Positions 19,831 to 28,285 of a stretch of 32,000 nucleotides of DNA are shown piece by piece (within the stretch, counting starts at the first letter, position 1; every line of letters begins with the position of its first letter). This stretch comes from Parasynechococcus marenigrum WH 8102 (lineage in GTDB: Bacteria; Cyanobacteriota; Cyanobacteriia; PCC-6307; Cyanobiaceae): the NCBI RefSeq assembly GCF_000195975.1, contig NC_005070.1:1020001-1052000 (forward strand), written 5' to 3'. The notes beneath the pieces are model-generated. The model did no database searches. It was not told the origin of the DNA and saw only the letters and a program-made list of their open reading frames with translations. The position numbers and the translations under genes are program-made.

Positions 19831-20262
19831 TCAGAGCGGATGGATCACGTGGATGGCCACCCCCCAGATCTGCACGTCACCGCATCGATGCAGCTCCAGG
19901 GGTGGGTAAGCGGGATTGGCGGCCTCCAAGCGCAGGCGGCCATGGTGCTGGACCAGGCGTTTGAGGGTGAATTCCCCGTCCAGCACCGCCACCACCACCC
20001 GCCCCGGCCGTGGATCCAGGCTGCGATCCACCACCAGCAGATCACCGTCGTGGATGCCGGCTCCGAGCATGGATTCGCCGCTGACGCGCAGAAAGAATGT
20101 GCTGGTGGGATGGCGGATCAGCTGGTCGTTGAGGTCGATCCCCACCTCCACGTAGTCATCGGCCGGCGAGGGGAAGCCGGCGGCCACCCGTTCACCGGCC
20201 AGGGGAAGACTCAGGCGGGTTCGCCGGGGCTGCAGCGGAAGTGGCTGGTGGCGGACGTCCAT
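19831..20262 (-). CDS. umuD: UmuD / LexA-like S24 self-cleaving peptidase
   Basis: FPSPADDYVEVGIDLNDQLIRHPTSTFFLRVSGESM (catalytic Ser context) and FTLKRL (Lys). The stop is 1 nt before the umuC ATG. The ORF opens at TTG 20271, and ATG 20262 is the preferred start. Confidence 0.9.
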   Translation of the reverse strand: MDVRHQPLPLQPRRTRLSLPLAGERVAAGFPSPADDYVEVGIDLNDQLIRHPTSTFFLRVSGESMLGAGIHDGDLLVVDRSLDPRPGRVVVAVLDGEFTLKRLVQHHGRLRLEAANPAYPPLELHRCGDVQIWGVAIHVIHPL

Positions 20263-20287
20263 CACGGGCAAGCAAGCCTGCTTTAAT

Positions 20288-20301
20288 AGTACTGATGTAT
20301 T
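20288..20301. promoter_or_regulatory. candidate LexA (SOS) operator
   Basis: AGTACTGATGTATT matches the cyanobacterial LexA consensus RGTACNNNDGTWCB (recalled from memory) at all defined positions but one (C->T at position 13). On the umuD strand it overlaps a TACTAT/TATTAA -10-like element about 25-40 nt upstream of the umuD start. Confidence 0.55.
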
Positions 20302-20353
20302 GATTGCTGTGTGCTTGCTCCGGTGAGGATGGTGTCTCTGGATTGGGATTTGA

Positions 20354-20743
20354 GTGGCTGATTCGCCGTATCTGGTCGCGCTGGCTTTGATCGATCAAGG
20401 GGGGCGTCGGGCGTTGCCGCTGGCGGGGAAGTCCCAGGCTGTGGTGGCGGCCGAGGGCGATGCCCCGGATCAGCTCGGCAAGGAGCTGGCCCTGGATCTG
20501 CTGCTGCGGGTGTGGCAGCGCAGTGATGACGGCCCCCTGCAGAGGGCAGCGGCTGCAGACAGCCTCCTGCTGGTGGAGTTGCCGATGGAACGACTGCCGG
20601 AAGACCTGCCGCAGATCAAGGCCGACTGGCTCAGCAGCGGCGACACAACCGCCTGTCTTGAGGCTCTGAAGCGGATCTCCTCGAGGGCCTGGCGACTGTC
20701 CAGCGAGAAGTTCAAGCCGGTGGCGCTGACGCCGCTGTGGTGA
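20354..20743 (+). CDS. hypothetical protein (129 aa), divergent from umuDC
   Basis: GTG start with strong G/C third-position bias (CTG, GCC, GAC...). No catalytic motif recognised. The 3' end overlaps the convergent oxygenase pseudogene by 32 nt. Confidence 0.55.
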   Translation: MADSPYLVALALIDQGGRRALPLAGKSQAVVAAEGDAPDQLGKELALDLLLRVWQRSDDGPLQRAAAADSLLLVELPMERLPEDLPQIKADWLSSGDTTACLEALKRISSRAWRLSSEKFKPVALTPLW

Positions 20744-21311
20744 GGGGTTCCTGAGCCCAGATGTTCACGGCCACGGAGTAGCGCTCCCCTTCCAGAGGAT
20801 TGATTCGGTGGAGCAGTCCAGGGGAGAACAGCACCAGGCGGTTGCGCACCGGGGGGATCGAGATCACGGAGCGGAACTGAGGCAGCGGACCGCTGTGCCC
20901 TGAGGTGATGGGGGTGTTGTCGGCCAACAGCAGCTCGCCACCGGCGCAGCTGACGTGGGGTTAGAAGACCGTGGACAACAGCGGCAACAGATAACCCCCG
21001 CTGCGACGTCCTTCGACTTCATCCTTGTGGATGTGCCAGTCGAGATCGTTGTTGACGTTGCACCACCACTGCACTCCAGCCCCCTTGCCACAGAACGGGG
21101 TGGAGACAGGCAGCAGATGCTCGTCGAGGTAACGCTCCATCAGCTGTCGCTGCTCGAGGGCATGGATCGAGCGCGAACTGCCGTCGTCAGCACGCCAGCT
21201 GAACAGGGCGTCACCGGGATGGGTCTGCTTGAGCTCGCCGTGAACCACGCAGAGTTGGCGCAGCGCCTCCAGCAGATCCGCCGGCAGCAGGTTGTCGACC
21301 ACGTGCAACAT
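20712..21311 (-). pseudogene. 2OG-Fe(II) oxygenase-superfamily gene interrupted by one in-frame TAA (20963-20961)
   Basis: Track ORFs 20961-21311 and 20712-20927 are in the same frame. Joined, they read ...DLDWHIHKDEVEG...LLPLLSTVF*PHVSCAGGELLLADN...NRLVLFSPGLLHRINPLEGERYSVAVNIW. That gives an HxD motif, a distal His and an R-x-S motif, typical of the prolyl-hydroxylase-like fold. The downstream half has only a TTG as a possible start. Confidence 0.7.
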
Positions 21312-21317
21312 CAGTTC

Positions 21318-21752
21318 TCAGGCGCGGTGGTACGGGCTTCCTTGCAGGATTGCCTGGGCGCGGAACAACTGCTCGATCAGCATCAGGCGAGCCAGCTCAT
21401 GGGGGAAGGTCATCGGCGACAGGCTCAATTGCCAATGGGCACGGCCCTTGAGTTCGTTGGTCAATCCGTCAGCACCACCGATCACGAAGGCGAGCCGTTG
21501 GTTGCCGAGCTGGTCAAGGCGCCGGGCGAAGGGGATGGACCCAACAGCGTCGCCCTCTTCCATCAGTGCAATCACGTGCTCATTCGGTCGTAGCGATGCG
21601 CGGATAGAATCCGCTTCCTTGTCGGGTGTGCTGTCTCGAATCTCGATGATCTCCAGCCCGGGAAGCCGTTTGCGGTAAAGCTCGATGCCGTCCTGGATCC
21701 AACTGCGGCGGACTTTGCCCACGGCAAGGATGCGGCAGCGGGAGGGATTCAA
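21318..21752 (-). CDS. rlmH: 23S rRNA (pseudouridine1915-N3)-methyltransferase RlmH (SPOUT)
   Basis: [60 protein letters not shown]. The TTG start overlaps the upstream stop (TTGA). Confidence 0.9.
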   Translation of the reverse strand: MNPSRCRILAVGKVRRSWIQDGIELYRKRLPGLEIIEIRDSTPDKEADSIRASLRPNEHVIALMEEGDAVGSIPFARRLDQLGNQRLAFVIGGADGLTNELKGRAHWQLSLSPMTFPHELARLMLIEQLFRAQAILQGSPYHRA

Positions 21753-22171
21753 GGGTTGTCCTCGTCGTCCTCCAGCAGCAACTGGCCAAAGGCCACGTAA
21801 AGACTTTCCTCTTCACTCCCGGGTGTGGCCTTGGAGGGTTTGGGGCGTGTGTTCTTTCCTTTGCCGGAGTTTGTCTTCGGCAGTGGAGGTAGCTCCTGGG
21901 CCGAGCCTGGCGGGGTGCTGTCGGTTGATGGCTGAGGGGTGCGCTTGGCCTCCAGTTGTTTCAGCCGCGCCATGAGGTGTTCCGGAACCGTTCCGTCCTC
22001 ACTGACCTTCATCAGTTCGCGGAACAGTTCCTCAGGGTTGTCTTCGGTTTCAACCTTGTGGCGCACCTGCTGTGCCTTCGGGCTCACGGGCGGTTTCGGT
22101 TCCGGCAACGCTTGGGGAAGCGTCCGACCGAGCTCGCGCAGGCGGTCCAGGCTGCGGGGGTCGAAACTCAT
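21749..22171 (-). CDS. hypothetical Pro/Lys/Glu-rich, probably disordered protein (140 aa)
   Basis: ATG 22171 ([16 protein letters not shown]...) lies 4 nt after the pentapeptide gene stop. The track ORF start at 22243 would overlap that gene. Acidic C-terminal tail [10 protein letters not shown]. Confidence 0.6.
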   Translation of the reverse strand: MSFDPRSLDRLRELGRTLPQALPEPKPPVSPKAQQVRHKVETEDNPEELFRELMKVSEDGTVPEHLMARLKQLEAKRTPQPSTDSTPPGSAQELPPLPKTNSGKGKNTRPKPSKATPGSEEESLYVAFGQLLLEDDEDNP

Positions 22172-22175
22172 CGGA

Positions 22176-22664
22176 TCAACCGCAGCCGAGGCTGTCCCGG
22201 GTGGACCGGCCCGTGACCGGATTTGTACCGTCCGCAACGGCACACAGGCTCTTGAGTTGATCGCCCCGCATCGGGACGTCGGTGAAATCGGCGCCGCTGA
22301 TGGTCACATCCACGAAGCGGGTGTTGAAGGCGAAGGCTCCTTCCAGAACGGCGTTGGAGAGGTTGGTGCCGGTCATCACCGCTGCATCCAGGGTGGCTTC
22401 CCGCAGGTCCGTTCCACTCAGATCTGCATCCTGAAGCTTGGCGCCATAGAGCGATGCGCCCCTCAGGTCTGATCCGGACAGGTTGGCTTCCCGCAGGTTG
22501 CTGAGGTTGAAGGTGGCGCCGCGGAGATCCTTTCCGGAGTAGTCCGAGCCGATCAGCACTTGCTTGGCCACGTCCATGGCGGCACTGACCTGGGCCGGAC
22601 CAGCCAGGACAAGGAGCAGCCCGAGGACTGCTGCAGAAACCAGGGACAACAGGCGGGAACCCAT
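22176..22664 (-). CDS. pentapeptide-repeat protein with signal peptide (thylakoid-lumen TL15-like)
   Basis: MGSRLLSLVSAAVLGLLLVLAGPAQVSA signal, then A(D/N)LxG-type repeats: KDLRGATFNLSNLREANLSGSDLRGASLYGAKLQDADLSGTDLREATL. The track start at 22946 is an upstream extension. Confidence 0.88.
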   Translation of the reverse strand: MGSRLLSLVSAAVLGLLLVLAGPAQVSAAMDVAKQVLIGSDYSGKDLRGATFNLSNLREANLSGSDLRGASLYGAKLQDADLSGTDLREATLDAAVMTGTNLSNAVLEGAFAFNTRFVDVTISGADFTDVPMRGDQLKSLCAVADGTNPVTGRSTRDSLGCG

Positions 22665-22743
22665 CCGAAACACCAGTGACCTCGAAACCTTAATGGGCTC
22701 GAGCAGGGGGGAATCCTTCGGGAACTTTGTGGATCGCATTCCG

Positions 22744-23097
22744 ATGAAAATGCAGCCCCCCGGCGCCCAGGCGGAAACCCGGGTGTCCTCGCTTCTGCAA
22801 CGGCAGGGGTGGCAGCTGCTGGATCGAAACTGGAGCTGCCGCTGGGGCGAACTTGATCTTGTTCTGCACAAGAACGAGCAACTGCTTGTGGTGGAAGTCA
22901 AGAAGCGCCGTTCCTTGGCCTGGGGTCCCTGGTCTGTGGATCCCACGAAGCGGCGCCGGCTGGGTCGGGCGATCAGTTGCTGGCGTGCTGAGCATCCGAT
23001 TCAGACGGACTGGTTGCTTCAAGTGGCCGTTGCCGTGGTGCCGTTGCCGCCCTCCCAGGGAGCCCCACGTTGGTGCAGGCTGGATCGGCTGTGCTGA
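22744..23097 (+). CDS. yraN: YraN-family (UPF0102) endonuclease-like protein
   Basis: GAQAETRVSSLLQRQGWQLLDRNWSCRWGELDLVL....LLVVEVKKR is the family signature. Alternative ATGs at 22693 and 22750. Confidence 0.85.
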   Translation: MKMQPPGAQAETRVSSLLQRQGWQLLDRNWSCRWGELDLVLHKNEQLLVVEVKKRRSLAWGPWSVDPTKRRRLGRAISCWRAEHPIQTDWLLQVAVAVVPLPPSQGAPRWCRLDRLC

Positions 23098-23256
23098 TCC
23101 AGCGCTGATCCGTCATTTCGGCAACCATTGCCTGCTGCTCAGGAGCGGTCTTGAAATCCAGAACCGTGTTGAGAGCATCGCTCTGACAGAAGACGATTCA
23201 CTTCAATAGAGGTCTTCTGCCGGTGACCTGTCTCGTCGCACAGGTGGGTTAAGACA

Positions 23257-23367
23257 TCAGATGGTTTCCTTGCGGCCAGTTTTGATCTGCTCTCTGGCTG
23301 AAAGCAGTCCAACGGCAAGCAACACCAGAAGTCCGGCGTTGATGCCGATGAAGAACATGGTGTCCAT
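23257..23367 (-). CDS. candidate 36-aa single-TM peptide (not in ORF track, <60 aa)
   Basis: My translation is MDTMFFIGINAGLLVLLAVGLLSAREQIKTGRKETI*: one hydrophobic helix and a basic tail. It sits alone in a 450-nt intergenic region and is followed on its strand by three stem-loops. Confidence 0.3.
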   Translation of the reverse strand: MDTMFFIGINAGLLVLLAVGLLSAREQIKTGRKETI

Positions 23368-23548
23368 GACTGAGAAGCTGCTCGTCCATTAATACGGAGA
23401 TGCGGCAAGACAGCCCATCCGTCAAAAGACTCACCCAGTTGGGGGAGAGCGCTGCCTGGTTCGATCCCTCAGTTGAGGGAGGTGGTCTGTGTTGCGACAC
23501 GCTGGTAGGAGATCGACCGTCCGCTGGGACAACTGCGACAGTTCAACC

Positions 23549-24457
23549 ATGGCTTTTCAAGGTCACCAGGCCCGCAAGCGCTTTGGCCAGCATTGGTTGA
23601 AGGATCAGACGGTGCTGGATCGCATCGTGGCGGCCGCTGACCTGCAGCCATCGGATCGCGTGTTGGAGGTGGGACCAGGGCGTGGTGCTCTCACAGAACG
23701 GTTGCTGTCCTCTCCGGCAGCGGCAGTTCAGGCCGTGGAATTGGATCGCGACCTAGTGGATGGCCTGCGGGAACGCTTTGCCGGTGATCCGCGATTCAGC
23801 CTGCGTCAGGGGGATGTGCTGGAGCTGCCGCTGCAGCTGGAGGACGGGGTTGCAGCCAGCAAAGTAGTGGCCAACATTCCGTACAACATCACAGGTCCGC
23901 TGTTGGATCGACTGGTGGGTCGACTCGATCGCCCTGTCGAGCCCCCTTATCAGCGTTTGGTGCTGTTGGTGCAGAAACAGGTGGCGGAGCGCATCCGGGC
24001 TCGCCCGGGCCACAGCAGCTTCAGTGCCTTGAGTGTTCGGATGCAGTTGCTGGCCCGTTGCACGACGGTCTGTCCTGTACCCCCACGCTGCTTTCAGCCA
24101 CCGCCGAAGGTGCAGTCGGAAGTGATTCAGATCGACCCTCTGCCGGCTGATAAGCGGTTGCCTTCTGACATCGCCCGTCGGGTGGAATCGTTGCTCAGGC
24201 AAGCCTTCCTGGCCCGTCGCAAGATGTTGCGAAACACCCTGGCATCACTTGCGCCGGAGCCACAGCTGCAGGCGCTGGCCGCCGCTGCAGGGTTTCAGCT
24301 GCATCAACGGCCGCAGGAGCTGGCTCCGCAGGTCTGGGTTGCCCTGGCCAGGGGTTTGAATCAGGGCATTGATGCGGCCTCCGCTGATGGGCACGATCAC
24401 GGTGACGGCTCCGGCCAAGGTGAATCTTCACCTGGAGGTGCTCGGGATCAGATCTGA
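23549..24457 (+). CDS. rsmA: 16S rRNA (adenine1518/1519-N6)-dimethyltransferase
   Basis: [36 protein letters not shown] (SAM motif), [14 protein letters not shown]. Start at ATG 23549. The C-terminal ~35 aa read through the ispE start. Confidence 0.93.
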
Positions 24458-25316
24458 CGGTTTTCACGAGCTGGCGATGGTGATGCAGAGCATCGATCTC
24501 GCCGATCGCCTCAGCTTTCAAACCACGGCCGATGCCGCACTGACGCTCAGCTGTGACGATCCGTCCCTCAGCCTTGGTGAGGACAACCTGGTGATCAGGG
24601 CCGCTCAGTTGCTGCGCAGCCGCTCCGGTTTCAACGAATTGGGTGCTGCCATCCACCTGGAGAAACGCATTCCCATTGGTGCCGGCCTCGCCGGAGGGTC
24701 CAGTGATGGTGCCGCTGCCCTGGTGGGTCTGAATGCGCTCTGGGGTCTGGGCCACAGCCGTTCAGACCTGCAGCGGTTTGCGGCTGAACTCGGTTCTGAC
24801 ATGCCCTTCTGTGTGGCGGGGGGCAGTCAGCTCTGTTTCGGTCGCGGCGAGCTGCTGGAGCCGTTGCCGGCTGTGCAGGAATCCCTGGCGGTGCTGCTGG
24901 TGAAGGATCCACGCGTGAGTGTGTCGACTCCCTGGGCCTATCGCCGCTGCCGGGAGTTGCAGGGTGATCGCTACCTCTCGGGAGAGGACGCCTTCGAGCA
25001 ACGCCGACAGGTCTTGCGAGACATGGCCTGGACCCAACCGATCCGTGCGGCGGAGCCGCCACCGTTGCAAAACGATCTGCAGGAGGTTGTGGAGCCTGAG
25101 ACCCCAGCGGTTCAGGCGGCGCTTCGCTTGCTGTCCACCCTTGAAGGCACCCTTGCCGTCGCCATGAGCGGATCGGGCCCCAGTTGTTTTGCACTGTTTG
25201 CAGATCCAACCAGCTGTGCGGCTGCCCAGGCCACGCTTGAACAGCAACTTGCTGCGGAGGGATTGCAAAGCTGGTGCTGCAATTTGCGACCGGACGGCGT
25301 GAGGATCGAAGCATGA
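24387..25316 (+). CDS. ispE: 4-diphosphocytidyl-2-C-methyl-D-erythritol kinase
   Basis: [67 protein letters not shown] (GHMP kinase motifs). Alternative start at ATG 24372. Confidence 0.93.
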
Positions 25317-25630
25317 GCTCCTCCGACCCCAAGACACCTCCTTCAGCGGAGCAACCCCGTAAAGGACCCCTGAGTTTTTTGTCCGGTGCCGTCACCGCAG
25401 GTCTGCTGGCCTGGCTGGCGTTGGGGCTCAGCCGACGGATGGTGGTGTACTTCGCCGTTCATCCGCCCCACTACAGCTCACCGATCGCCCAGAACATTGC
25501 GGTGACGCTGAAAACGCTGCTGGTGGGGCTGTCCTTTCTGGCCACCTTCAGCACAGCGTTTGTGGCGTTAGGGCTCACGATGGTGTTTCTTCGCAGTGTC
25601 TTCACAGGTCCCTCGAACGACCCTGCCTAG
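25313..25630 (+). CDS. small two-TM membrane protein (DUF3082-like, from memory)
   Basis: The ATG overlaps the ispE stop (ATGA): [39 protein letters not shown]...[21 protein letters not shown]. Confidence 0.7.
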
Positions 25631-25654
25631 CGTCAAGCCGACAGACATCTGTTG

Positions 25655-25750
25655 ATGACTCCCCACGACCTCGGGCAATTGGCGCTGCTGCTGTCTCCAG
25701 CGATGCTCCTGTCCGTGTTGCTGTTGTTCACCTTCGCCGCCGGCGGTTGA
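25655..25750 (+). CDS. candidate 31-aa hydrophobic peptide (not in ORF track)
   Basis: My translation is MTPHDLGQLALLLSPAMLLSVLLLFTFAAGG*. It lies between the DUF3082-like gene and pdhB. Coding status is unproven. Confidence 0.2.
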   Translation: MTPHDLGQLALLLSPAMLLSVLLLFTFAAGG

Positions 25751-25812
25751 GGCCACCCAGGCTGAGATAGCTTGGCCGCTCACCCCGGATTGGCCGGGAT
25801 CGCAGCGACGCC

Positions 25813-26796
25813 GTGGCAGGAACCCTTCTCTTCAACGCCCTGCGGGAAGCCATCGACGAGGAGATGGCCCGCGACCCTTACGTCTGCGTGATGGGTGAGG
25901 ACGTCGGTCACTACGGCGGCAGCTACAAGGTCACCAAGGATCTCTGCGAGAAGTACGGCGACCTAAGGGTGCTGGATACCCCGATTGCAGAGAACGGCTT
26001 CACCGGCATGGCGGTCGGTGCGGCCATGACCGGCCTGCGGCCGATCGTGGAAGGCATGAACATGGGCTTTCTGCTGCTCGCCTTTAACCAGATCTCCAAC
26101 AACATGGGGATGCTGAGGTACACCAGCGGAGGCAATTTCACGATCCCCACGGTGGTGCGCGGCCCAGGTGGTGTGGGCCGTCAGCTCGGAGCTGAGCACA
26201 GCCAGCGCCTGGAGGCCTATTTCCACGCTGTCCCCGGGATCAAGATCGTGGCATGCAGCACGCCGACCAATGCCAAGGGTTTGATGAAGGCAGCAATCCG
26301 GGACAACAACCCGGTTCTGTTCTTCGAGCATGTGCTGCTTTACAACCTCAGCGAGGAACTCCCTGAGGGTGAGTTCACCTGTGCTCTCGATCAGGCGGAT
26401 TTGGTGCAGGAAGGGAGCGACGTGACGATCCTCACGTACTCCCGCATGCGTCACCACTGCCTCAAGGCGGTGGAACAACTGGAGGCCGATGGCATCAGTG
26501 TGGAGCTGATCGATCTGATCAGCCTCAAACCGTTCGACATGGAGACCATCGGTCGGTCCATCCGCAAGACCCATCGGGTCATCGTTGTGGAGGAGTGCAT
26601 GAAGACCGGTGGCATCGGTGCCGAGTTGATCGCCCTGATCACCGAGCAGTGCTTCGATGATCTCGATGCCCGCCCTGTGCGGCTCTCCAGTCAGGACATC
26701 CCCACGCCCTACAACGGCTCCCTTGAGAACCTGACCATCATTCAGCCCCATCAGATCGTCGAAGCTGCCCAGCAGATGGTCCGTCAAGGGGTTTGA
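25813..26796 (+). CDS. pdhB: pyruvate dehydrogenase E1 component beta subunit
   Basis: GTG start. [73 protein letters not shown], 327 aa. Confidence 0.95.
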   Translation: MAGTLLFNALREAIDEEMARDPYVCVMGEDVGHYGGSYKVTKDLCEKYGDLRVLDTPIAENGFTGMAVGAAMTGLRPIVEGMNMGFLLLAFNQISNNMGMLRYTSGGNFTIPTVVRGPGGVGRQLGAEHSQRLEAYFHAVPGIKIVACSTPTNAKGLMKAAIRDNNPVLFFEHVLLYNLSEELPEGEFTCALDQADLVQEGSDVTILTYSRMRHHCLKAVEQLEADGISVELIDLISLKPFDMETIGRSIRKTHRVIVVEECMKTGGIGAELIALITEQCFDDLDARPVRLSSQDIPTPYNGSLENLTIIQPHQIVEAAQQMVRQGV

Positions 26797-26800
26797 GTTG

Positions 26801-28282
26801 ATGGCGCGTTATCAGGGTTGGTTCGCCTTTGTTCTTGCCCTGGCCATTGCGGCGGGGATGTTTCTGATCCGGACTCCGCTGCAGCTTGGGCTCGATCTGC
26901 GCGGGGGTAGTCAACTCACGGTGCAGGTGCAACCGGCAGGGGACGTGAAGGTTGTTGGCGATCGCGAAATGGAAGCCGTCAAGGCGGTGCTGGATCGGCG
27001 CGTGAATGGTTTGGGGGTGGCCGAATCCACCCTTCAGACCGTCGGCACCGATCAGCTGGTGTTGCAGCTCCCCGGTGAACAGGACCCCACAGCGGCAGCA
27101 CGCGTCCTTGGCGATACGGCTCTGCTGGAGTTCCGTGCCCAGCGGGAGGGAACTGAAGCTGAGTTTCGAAGCTTGCGACAGCTTCAATCCCAGGCCCGGG
27201 CCATCCTCCAGTTGCGAAAAGACCAACGCCGTCGTGGGGAGACACCGGATGAGCTCAACCTGGAGGATCTCAAGGAGGTGCAGGAGTCGCTGGGGTTGAA
27301 CGCTGATGGTGCCAGTGACGACGAGTTGCTTCAGGCCCTCTTGGATCAAGCGGACGACGAACTGCTGACGCTGTTGGACCCTGCACAACTGACGGGCAAG
27401 CAATTGGTAACGGCCGGTCGCCAGCCACTGCAGAACAACCCCAACAGCTGGGAGGTGACGCTGAATTTCGATGCCGAGGGAGCGGAGGCGTTCGCCGATT
27501 TGACCCAATCGATCGCGGGTTCCGATCGACTGCTGGCCATCACGCTGGACAACAAATTGATCAGTGCGGCCAGTGTGGGGCCCCAGTTCAAGAGCGCTGG
27601 TATCTCCGGCGGCGCTGCAACCATCAGTGGAAATTTCGACGCTGAGACGGCCCGTGAACTGGAGGTGAAACTGCGTGGAGGCTCCCTTCCCCTTCCCGTT
27701 GAGGTGGTGGAAGTGCGCACGATCGGACCGACACTCGGTGCTGAAAACATCCGGCGGAGCTTGATGGCTGCTTTGTCCGGTCTCGCCCTGGTGGCGGTGT
27801 TCATGGTGGTGGCTTACCGGTTGCCGGGGGCTGTGGCCGTGGCGGCCCTGAGCCTGTACGCCCTGTTCAACCTGTCGGTGTACGCCCTGATCCCCGTAAC
27901 GCTCACCCTGCCTGGGATTGCTGGATTCATCCTGTCCATCGGCATGGCGGTGGATGCCAATGTGCTGATCTTTGAGCGAATCAAGGACGAGTTGCGTCGC
28001 GGCAACACCTTGATCCGCTCGATCGACACCGGTTTCTCCGAAGCCTTCAGTTCCATCCTTGATGGTCACCTCACCACGTTGATCAGCTGCGCGGCACTGT
28101 TCTTTCTCGGCACCGGCCTGGTGAAGGGATTTGCTGCAACCCTCGGCATCGGTGTGTTGCTGAGTCTGTTCACCGCGCTCACCTGCACACGCACGCTGCT
28201 GCGCTTCCTGATGAGCTACGCCGGCCTGCGTCGACCCACGTATTTCATTGCCCAGGGCCAACGTCCCTCCACGACCGCCTGA
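26801..28282 (+). CDS. secD: protein translocase subunit SecD
   Basis: LGLDLRGGSQLTVQV, a periplasmic domain, then a 6-TM C-terminus with LPGIAGFILSIGMAVDANVLIFERIKDELR. ATG 26801, with TTG 26798 in frame. Confidence 0.93.
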   Translation: MARYQGWFAFVLALAIAAGMFLIRTPLQLGLDLRGGSQLTVQVQPAGDVKVVGDREMEAVKAVLDRRVNGLGVAESTLQTVGTDQLVLQLPGEQDPTAAARVLGDTALLEFRAQREGTEAEFRSLRQLQSQARAILQLRKDQRRRGETPDELNLEDLKEVQESLGLNADGASDDELLQALLDQADDELLTLLDPAQLTGKQLVTAGRQPLQNNPNSWEVTLNFDAEGAEAFADLTQSIAGSDRLLAITLDNKLISAASVGPQFKSAGISGGAATISGNFDAETARELEVKLRGGSLPLPVEVVEVRTIGPTLGAENIRRSLMAALSGLALVAVFMVVAYRLPGAVAVAALSLYALFNLSVYALIPVTLTLPGIAGFILSIGMAVDANVLIFERIKDELRRGNTLIRSIDTGFSEAFSSILDGHLTTLISCAALFFLGTGLVKGFAATLGIGVLLSLFTALTCTRTLLRFLMSYAGLRRPTYFIAQGQRPSTTA

Positions 28283-28285
28283 TTG

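Noticed and set aside
18561-19964. 467-aa plus-strand ORF
   Set aside because: It is antisense to umuC/umuD, which carry unambiguous family motifs. The translation is Gly/His/Gln/Pro-rich and not protein-like.
23458-23468. GGTTCGATCCC, a tRNA T-loop-like motif
   Set aside because: The flanking bases cannot form a T-stem (GCCTG versus CCCTC are not complementary). No acceptor, D or anticodon arms could be drawn, so this is not a tRNA.
25755-25800. A CTGAGA ... ACCCC ... GGATTGGCC string reminiscent of a TPP riboswitch, upstream of the thiamine-pyrophosphate-dependent PDH E1 gene
   Set aside because: It lacks the conserved ACCTGATCYGGATAATGCC core and the P2/P3 arrangement, and the region is too short for the aptamer. 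The resemblance is superficial.
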